Of a stretch of DNA of 64,000 bases, positions 56,480 through 64,000 are shown piece after piece. A model generated the notes under the pieces. The model ran no database searches, had not been told where the DNA came from, and was given only the letters and a program-made list of their open reading frames with translations. Each line of letters starts with the position of its first letter. The stretch's first letter is position 1. Position numbers and translations under genes: made by a program. Source of the DNA: Cirrosporium novae-zelandiae (taxonomy: Eukaryota); contig JAPETS010000003.1 of the NCBI GenBank assembly GCA_026023565.1, positions 744,001-808,000 on the forward strand, written 5' to 3'.

Positions 56480-59400
56480 TCATCGAGCCTCGTTGGTCTC
56501 TTCGTCACTCTCACTCCCACCCACAAACATCTTATCAATATTCCATATCCATTCCATTTTTCCCGCGCTATTCCGCGCTGCAAACAAAAATGTATTCATC
56601 GGCGCATACACCGCGAATAGGTTATCGCTTGTGACTCTTGTGCTCGACAATAGCTGTGCAACTTGTGGCTCATGGTCGATCCTTGCCTCGTTTAGATTAA
56701 TCGCATTTAGCTCATCTCCCTCCGGAACACTATAAATGTGTAGGTAAGGACGGCGAAGCTCTACGAACCGTCGGATCCAACGGGTGTTGACGTCATCGGG
56801 CGAGAGAAGATAACCCGATTTAAGCACAGATGGGTTCTTTGGAATGTGGGAGATTTCGGCGACGAAGCGTGGTGGTAGGGAAGGAGATGAAGGTTGGTCG
56901 GCAAAAGCGGCGCCTTCCGCCGGGGGTTCCGTGTGGGTTTCCGTGAGGATAGAGTCAATGGAATAGGCTTTTAAGGTCCAGAGATTTAAGAATTTTTTAA
57001 CAACCTCGGTTTCGTGTTCCGTCATTGGTTGATCATCGGGTTCAGTGGGTGGAATGGGGCTTGAGACTCGACTTCGAATTGGACTTTTAATTGTGGAGGA
57101 TAAGGTGCGTGCGCCGAAGACGCCTCGTGCGGCAGAAATTTCAGCGACGCGAAGTTTGTGGTTTCGAGAATCGATGAAGTCGCGGACTAGAGATACACCT
57201 CGTGGGGCCCAATTCCCAAGGCATTCTTCGCCGTTTACATAGTCTTCTTGGGTATTCATGCGCCACAAATCGGCAGCTCGTTTCGTCGAAATAGGGCGAA
57301 CGGTAACGACGAATATCCCAACAGTTGAGTGGACAACTCGGGTGGAATTCCAGAGTTGTTTGAAGAGTGACTGGGGCCGAACATAGGAACGAGGTTGTAT
57401 TTGAAGATTTTGATCTAGGGAGAAAATCATGGGTTCTTGAAGCCTGCCTGATATTACATTCCATTTAAGGGAGACCTGTATTCGATATTTGTCGGTTGTA
57501 ACACGGTCAAGAAGGACAGAGTCATGAAGGCTAGAATCCCACTGACCAATAATAGTAACATGACTGGTGCCGTCAGCGTTGTCTCTAACCATTGGTTCTT
57601 GAATCTGTTTCAGTGGTATGTCTGGAGTAGCAGATGCTAGATCGGGGACCTTCCCAGTAGGATCAAGTAGTCGAACATGACCAATTCGTAGATCGAGCAT
57701 GTCCTGCCACTGGAGAGCTTCACCAGAGCTATGAGTTAAATTTACAACCACCCGCCTCTGTATACCTTGATGCAACTGGTATGTTCCTTGGTCCATCTCA
57801 TTAGCTTGTAGCACCTCCACTGGGGCGTATTCTCCATTCTCAGCAAGTTCGAGGAACTGAATTCTTGCGAAGATATCATGTCGCTCTTCAGCAAAGTACT
57901 CTGATTCAGCTATTCGAGCATGTCGTTTCTTCTTGGGCGTGTTCTGAGCAGAATCTCTGATGCCATCCCAACTGAGAAGCTTGTCCATATGTACTGCGGT
58001 GACTTTGGCAAATACTGATATCCGCAAGGAAGAATCTCGAGAACTTGAATGAGGCAAGCTCATGCTGTGAACACTCTCAAAACGAATAGGACCTTCGTCA
58101 AAGTCCCGAATAAACTGTGTTGTTGTAGCGCCACCCTCTTCTTCTGAGATACCAGGCATGAAGAGTTGTGCGTGGACATCTGTACCTTCACGTTCAGGGA
58201 ACCCCGTCATGTCATGTAGGACAACGTTGAACTTGAGAGTCGATGAAGGTGCTTCCGCCGATGATGGCTCTAACGACAACCTGATGATGCCTACTGCACT
58301 CTGTGTATAAGGAGAAATGACTTCGGCTGTAAAATCCTGAACTCGAAGTTCGAAAACCGCCATAAGTGGTACATCAACATCGCCAACCCTGGAGTACTGT
58401 GGAAGACAGGTTTCCGAGAATGGATTCTCGAGACGGAAATGCTTGAGATAATCTGGTCTGTCGATATATTGATGCATTTGTCTCATTAGTTGAATCCGGC
58501 GTTGAAGTTTATCCAAAGACCAGAGACGGATAACAGAATGCTTATAATCAATCACACGAACACCAATACACGGCTTTTTCAGTGCAGCAAGGTCGTCATC
58601 ATCCTCATCAGCCACTCCATTCAATACGAGATCATATGAAGAAGCCATAGAATGTCCAATATCGATGACCGTGAACTGGAAGATAACATCCTTGTTCATC
58701 TGATGACTCATTATTTGAGCCTCCTTGAGAGCCGAGGCATTTTGCAAAACAGTTTCCGCCATTCTGACAGATGTTTTCTGCTGCCAATGTTTGCAAACAA
58801 TTTTGGCAATAGCAATTTCATTTTCATCCAATTCTATAAACCCACTACTCAGAACTTTTCGGTGAGGACGTTCGGCCAATTGGCGAATTTGAGTCTCAAA
58901 CTTTTGTTTTTGCTCTTGGAGTTGGGCTTGAAACTCCTCCTTTGCAGATTTCAAAGCATCCTCCATGCGAGTTTTCTCCTCAAGCATCCGCTCAGGAGAT
59001 GATCCCGCAGCTCGAAGCTTTTCTTGATACTCTTCCTTTTGTGTATCAAGTTGGCGCTGCATGCCATCACGTAACGACTGAAGTTTGTCATCACTAATGG
59101 ACTCACCATTGCTATCCTGAGGGGTTCCGGGTATCGTGAGAGCAGTGTCCAGAGAGAAGTTGTCAATAGTTCCATTGGACATGTATTTTTCTCGAACAGG
59201 GTAAGAGCTTACAGAATCCAGGTCTTCGTCAGGATCGAATAACCTGCTTTCTGAGCGCCCTTTCCGAACTGCGCGTGCCCTTGCAACATCATCAAACAAG
59301 GCATCCAGTTCATCATCTGTAAGGTGGGCAATCTTTTGATCGGATCCTAGAATAGCACTTGCTGCCTCCCTTCGTGCAAATGACCAATCGACATCTCGCC

Positions 59401-61454
59401 CTCCAGATAATGGCATAGGGGAGTCGGGACGGCTTGAGTCCCCATCAATTTCGGTACTCGCTTTACTGATGGTCCTGTCATGCCCTGGGCGGCCAGGAAC
59501 AGGAGATCCGAGCTGGCTTGTGGTTATAGAATGCCTTAGCAGGCTTTGCTCCGCTCTTTCAGCACGAGCTTCTTCGGGATGGTTAAATCTAAAAATATGG
59601 AAGTCTCCTAGGATTATTCGAAACCCGCTGCGCAATCGTTTGGGCTGATCAATTCGAAGCCCATTAACCATGACCGCGGCATCTTCTTGAGGGACTATTG
59701 TGACAATATTGTCGACGTTTTCGAATGAACAATGATGATGGAGGATCTTCGAACCGTTCAGGCGGATCTCGGCAGTTTTGGCTGTGTCGACGTTCCCAAC
59801 TGTTGTTGTTCCAGGTTTGATATTGTAGACCAAACACTCAGCAAGGAGAGGATCATCGCTCAGGTTGACTAAATGAGGCATCCGTTTTGGAGTGCTGACA
59901 CCAATAAATCCCTTTTCAATACTGATACCCAACTCTTCAAGAGCAGCTTCCCGTTCCTTGTGGATCTCCTCCGTTTTTTGCATTTTCTCTTCCCATGTTT
60001 GATTTAGATCTTTGTAAAGTTTCTCACTCTGGTCTAGCTGTTCGGCGATTTCAGCTTTGCTGACCTTCTTTACTGTTCCATCGGATTGAGTAATGGATAC
60101 GATCTGTTGTTCCAAGGGGGTGTCGGGCGAGTATTGCTCCTCGGCAGGAACGCCAGAGCCACCACCTGCTGCGTGGCCTCCAGTGAGCTTGCTCCGCAAC
60201 TGCGCCAACTCTTCCTTGAGTTCTCTGATCATCCTTGCATTTGGGTCCTCATTGACGACAGCATGGTTCTTGATCCTCTTTGCCGAGTCTGCATACCTAA
60301 GCGTACTCAAGGTCTCATCAAAATTGATATCTGCTGGCGATATTGCAGCAATCATAGCTGTCATACTGTTTCCACCCAAAGAGTCTTTAAGAAGCCATGT
60401 CAAAACCGAATCTCTGTAGGGAACCATGGAGGCAGCTTTTGAGTTCTTCTTCTTCACTGACGAAAGATCAGCTAGAGCAGCAATAACCCGACCCAGAGTA
60501 GAAAGGGAACGGTTGATTTCTGCGCCTTCTTTAAGTCGAGCCCCAGTAGCACCTGTAGATGTCGCACGTTCGGAACCAGCCAAATCAACCAGACTAATTT
60601 TCGCAACCTTTTCCGTATCCATTGATGTCTCTGCGTCATGTCTTTTTTGCGTTAACGTTAACGTAAACACCGCATGGGATCGACTAGATGTTTCGTTCAT
60701 GTTCGTAGCGGCTACAGTTCTTGCTTTATTTCCTTCGTCCATAAGATTATCAATTTCCTGGAATGATTGTACCACGAGTTTGGCAAGGTCCTCCACGTAG
60801 GGGCCAGTGGAGGGATGTTCTCTGACTTTCAGATTCCCTTTGGTGGTGGGGTTTAAAAGGTCTCGAACTTTTTCGTTGTAGATTTCCAAATAAGACACCT
60901 CGACGGTACAGCTAAGATGCTTGTCCTTCTGTAGCTCAGTAATACGCTCAAACATGTTTCGACAAATTTGAGGTATGACTCCTGCCTCATCCCCGTAGCC
61001 CATCATCGAATACGATTTCCCAGAACCGGTTTGGCCATAGGCGAAAATACAATTATTATAACCCTGGAAAGCGTTATCTAGCAGCGGTGCTCCGAGATCG
61101 TCAAATAGATTGCTTTGACCTGCAAAATTGGGATCGGAACGATTGAAGGACCAGTATGACTTGTCAAATGCGAAGACCTTCTTGTCATTGTGATCGCCCC
61201 CTTTGCTGCCACCTTTCCTAGACTTCTCGGCGGCATCTGGTGGAGGTAGCAGGACGGTCTGGTTGCCTTGCATTTGAACAATACATTTTGCCTTCCTATC
61301 CTTCTCTATAACAGAGGTTAGCACCACTCCTTCTGACAACCTTTTCCAGCTTGGAAGATAGCTATCCAGCCAGGGGCGTTCGGAACTTACCTCGACTATT
61401 GAACGGTCTACATCTCACCACCACCTTGATGTTTCCACCACCGCTTGGAGCCAT
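56480..61454 (-). CDS. uncA: Kinesin-3 motor (Unc104/KIF1 type; UncA/NKIN2) with FHA and C-terminal PH domains
   Basis: Exons 61391-61454 (MAPSGGGNIKVVVRCRPFNSR) and 56480-61305. P-loop GQTGSGKS, NETSSRSH, LVDLAGSER, K-loop, PHLVNLSDDPLL preceding the FHA domain, and a PH domain at the C-terminus. Confidence 0.95.
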
Positions 61455-62494
61455 GGCTGCTTGCCGGCCATGCGCTTACTGCACTTTCGGCAGCTTGCGT
61501 AGAGTCACAGGCAAGAGTGGTTGGAGTGATATGTAAAGATACGGTGTAATCCAAATTAGGGTAGGCTGAGATATACGGATAAAAAATAGATTCGGAAGCT
61601 ATTTATCACTGAAGCTGTGGAACAAGGCGCGAGAAACTTGGAGTTTTGTAGAACCAAGTTAGGAGTCGACCTTGGCACCTTGGGTACTTTTGTCCCAAGG
61701 ACTTCGCGTTGATTCCAAAGTTGACATTTGGACGCGAAGCCTAAGGACCGAGGTCAGATCAGATTGGATAAAATAAAAAACTGGCCAATCCCCTAAAAGC
61801 TTCTTGGTATCCTGACACTAAACCAGTTGTAGTAAGGGACAGATAGGGATAGATTAAAAGCACGTGAGAGGGTATTTGACCTAACTATTAATTATTAATT
61901 ATATATATAAAAAACTATGGCTTTATTGATTATTATTTGCCGTGTTCTCCTTGACCTCAATTTCTTTCGTTTTTTACGAGATATAAAGTGGACCAGTCAT
62001 AGCTTCTATCGTGTCACCCTGTATATTGTGCAGTTGAGGGTTTTCCTTGTTCCTTTATCCGAAGTCAGAAATAGAGTTATGGAGAACCGTGCGCTAACTC
62101 AGGTTGACCACTCTCCTGTATCTAGTGTTTCCTTCAAAGGATTACTGTAGCCTGTGGCACTGGCTCATGCTCCTGTACCAAACAATGGAGAATATCAGTT
62201 TATCCATGTCTTGGAGGAGATATTGATTTTCCCAGAGGAAAGTATCCTGGAACTTGATTGATGATCACCACTGACTGGTTTCATCACATCAATCGCTTCC
62301 ATTTTTCTTCATATTAGAAGATAAAAAGAGCCACTTATAGGAATCCCTAATGTGGCAGTGTTCGTAAACCCTCTCTAGTTTGACTTGTTGCGTGAGTCAC
62401 GGTAGTCCTAGAGGCTATGGGATATAAAATATCTTGAAAGGTCCCCTTCACAATCATCATTCACCCTCTCCCAATATCGATATATTCAAAGACG

Positions 62495-63412
62495 ATGAAG
62501 GCCCGTCCTGCAGTCCATCCTCCTCGCATCCCCATCCCCCCTCTTGATACTACCGTAATCTCCGCCCATGCAAACCCAAGCACAATAGATTCACTCCTCC
62601 CCGTGATTCTGGCCTCTTCTACACTTGCAAAACGCCTCTCTACCTACATTGACGACCAAGTCACCCTGAGCGTCACCCCAGAGCTTTACTGGGGAGGGGA
62701 TCCAACCCGCCCGCCTTCTTACTATGTCTCCTGTCTAGTCCATGCGACATTGATTGGTCGCGCCTACGCGCTCCTGAATCCAGACAATAGAAATCAATAT
62801 GGCATACAAGATGAAGTCGCAGAAAAGCAGCGGTCCGAGCTCTGGAAGGTTATGAGCTTGATATTCATCAAGGCCTTCTGGTCAGGAGCATATCCCGAGG
62901 TCGGGTCTCGATATGCAGCCGCAGTCTTTATCCTCACATGTGGGCATGCTTTAGCGTCGACCCCCAACCTCCAGGGAAAAAGCAAAGACTGGTACGTCTG
63001 GTCGGACGAGATTCGAGAACCAGAAAAACTATGGTCCTGGGAAGACCTTAAAAATACGGTCCTCGCAACCAAAAAATTGCCGCAGGATCAGTGGGATGTC
63101 GAGAAGCTGAAGGATAGGTACATCCCTAGGACGCTTCCCGATGGCAAAGTTATCAATGATGTACCGGAATATATTCCAAAGGAAGTTCTGGAGGTCCTGA
63201 GACATGCGAGAGACCATCTGTGGAGCGGTTCTGGGGATCTAAGTAGTGCCGAGGTCGCCCAGTTATGCCTTGGGGATTCATTCAGTCCCGAAGGCCCTCT
63301 GCGGGACTGGACCCAAGGTGAGGACCATAGATACACTCCAAATTACTTTGATTATAATGCGAACAATGGTCCTGAGGGGGGTGGTGAAAGCAGGAACGGT
63401 AAGAAAGGGTAG
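62495..63412 (+). CDS. Hypothetical protein, 305 aa, no recognised family
   Basis: ATG-initiated intronless ORF with protein-like composition. A TATA-like TATAAAA lies about 65 bp upstream (62423-62429). Confidence 0.7.
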   Translation: MKARPAVHPPRIPIPPLDTTVISAHANPSTIDSLLPVILASSTLAKRLSTYIDDQVTLSVTPELYWGGDPTRPPSYYVSCLVHATLIGRAYALLNPDNRNQYGIQDEVAEKQRSELWKVMSLIFIKAFWSGAYPEVGSRYAAAVFILTCGHALASTPNLQGKSKDWYVWSDEIREPEKLWSWEDLKNTVLATKKLPQDQWDVEKLKDRYIPRTLPDGKVINDVPEYIPKEVLEVLRHARDHLWSGSGDLSSAEVAQLCLGDSFSPEGPLRDWTQGEDHRYTPNYFDYNANNGPEGGGESRNGKKG

Positions 63413-64000
63413 CGTGATGAGGAGCCGCAGGTCCCCCAATAAAGGAGACTCTCAGTGGCACAGTATCATGTTGGAGACCATAGAGCAAGTACAATAACAC
63501 TCAATCTCAGACTATTCTATTTTACTTAGGTATCAATTGCTGTTAGTATATAGATAGGCAATAGTTTTTTTTAAAAATGTTAAAAACCATGCTCATTGTT
63601 GGCCACCTCGAGCACGAGGCTCTAAAAATATCTTATAAACCTGTCCCAGCTTAGCTCATCAGCCTCCTTAAGCCCTTGAGGTTGACGTGAACACGCAGCC
63701 GCTCGTAGAAGATGGGTTTCTCTAGCAAATCGAATACAACATACCCCTATATCAAATGTAAACTCGTTGATTTTCGAATATCAGTCGGAAATGGACAAAG
63801 AAATATAGGACCATCAAAACAATAATTCCTAGCCTAAAACAAAATCGATAGAATTAATTCATTGAAACATAAAAATATGGAAAACAAAAAAAAGTTCATG
63901 ATTAATTTTTTTTTCTGGTCGTTATGTGCGTGTCTATTTGATCTTGTTGATAGGTAGGTTATTTTGGGCTTGCTTTTTCTTACCTCCAAAAAATAAAAGC

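Noticed and set aside
61560..61615. CTGAGATATACGG resembling part of a fungal TPP riboswitch
   Set aside because: The downstream core (CTTGATC...GGATAATACCAGCG) is missing, it is antisense to the kinesin leader, and no thiamine gene is nearby.
1..64000. tRNA/rRNA genes, intact transposons, biosynthetic gene cluster, TGA-CTA readthrough peroxisomal signals, stwintrons
   Set aside because: Looked for by eye and none found. Covariance-model (tRNAscan-SE, Infernal) and repeat-library searches would be needed to exclude small RNAs and old TE fragments.

Overview
This is eukaryotic DNA from a filamentous ascomycete (Pezizomycotina-like). The evidence is short GT-AG introns with CTRAY branch points, the standard genetic code, AT-rich spacers and microsatellites. 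I spliced about 20 protein genes by hand; many ORF-track entries are only exon fragments or antisense shadows. Recognisable genes are a mitochondrial ornithine carrier (ORT1/arg-13/amcA), an F-box protein, cytidine deaminase, VPS10/PEP1, TSPO/MBR, ARS2/SERRATE, CCT4, RPT1, a GRF zinc-finger protein, a REG1-like PP1 regulator, TMA22/DENR, CGR1, a small secreted UVI-1-like protein, a PX-domain (YPR097W-like) protein and kinesin-3 (Unc104/KIF1). There are also several hypothetical proteins. I found no tRNA, rRNA, CRISPR array, intact transposon or secondary-metabolite cluster, and no clear new multi-gene system. The most interesting signals are at the RNA-processing level. They include long in-frame stop-free introns (ARS2 210 nt, TMA22 180 nt), a layered ARS2 leader (5'UTR intron plus uORF plus tandem acceptors), a GC-AG intron in TSPO, micro-exons, and a possible uORF-stop/ATG-only first exon. 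I also noted an unusual CAEQ zinc motif in the cytidine deaminase and a RIP-like pseudogene relic. Gene identities come from remembered family motifs, not database searches.
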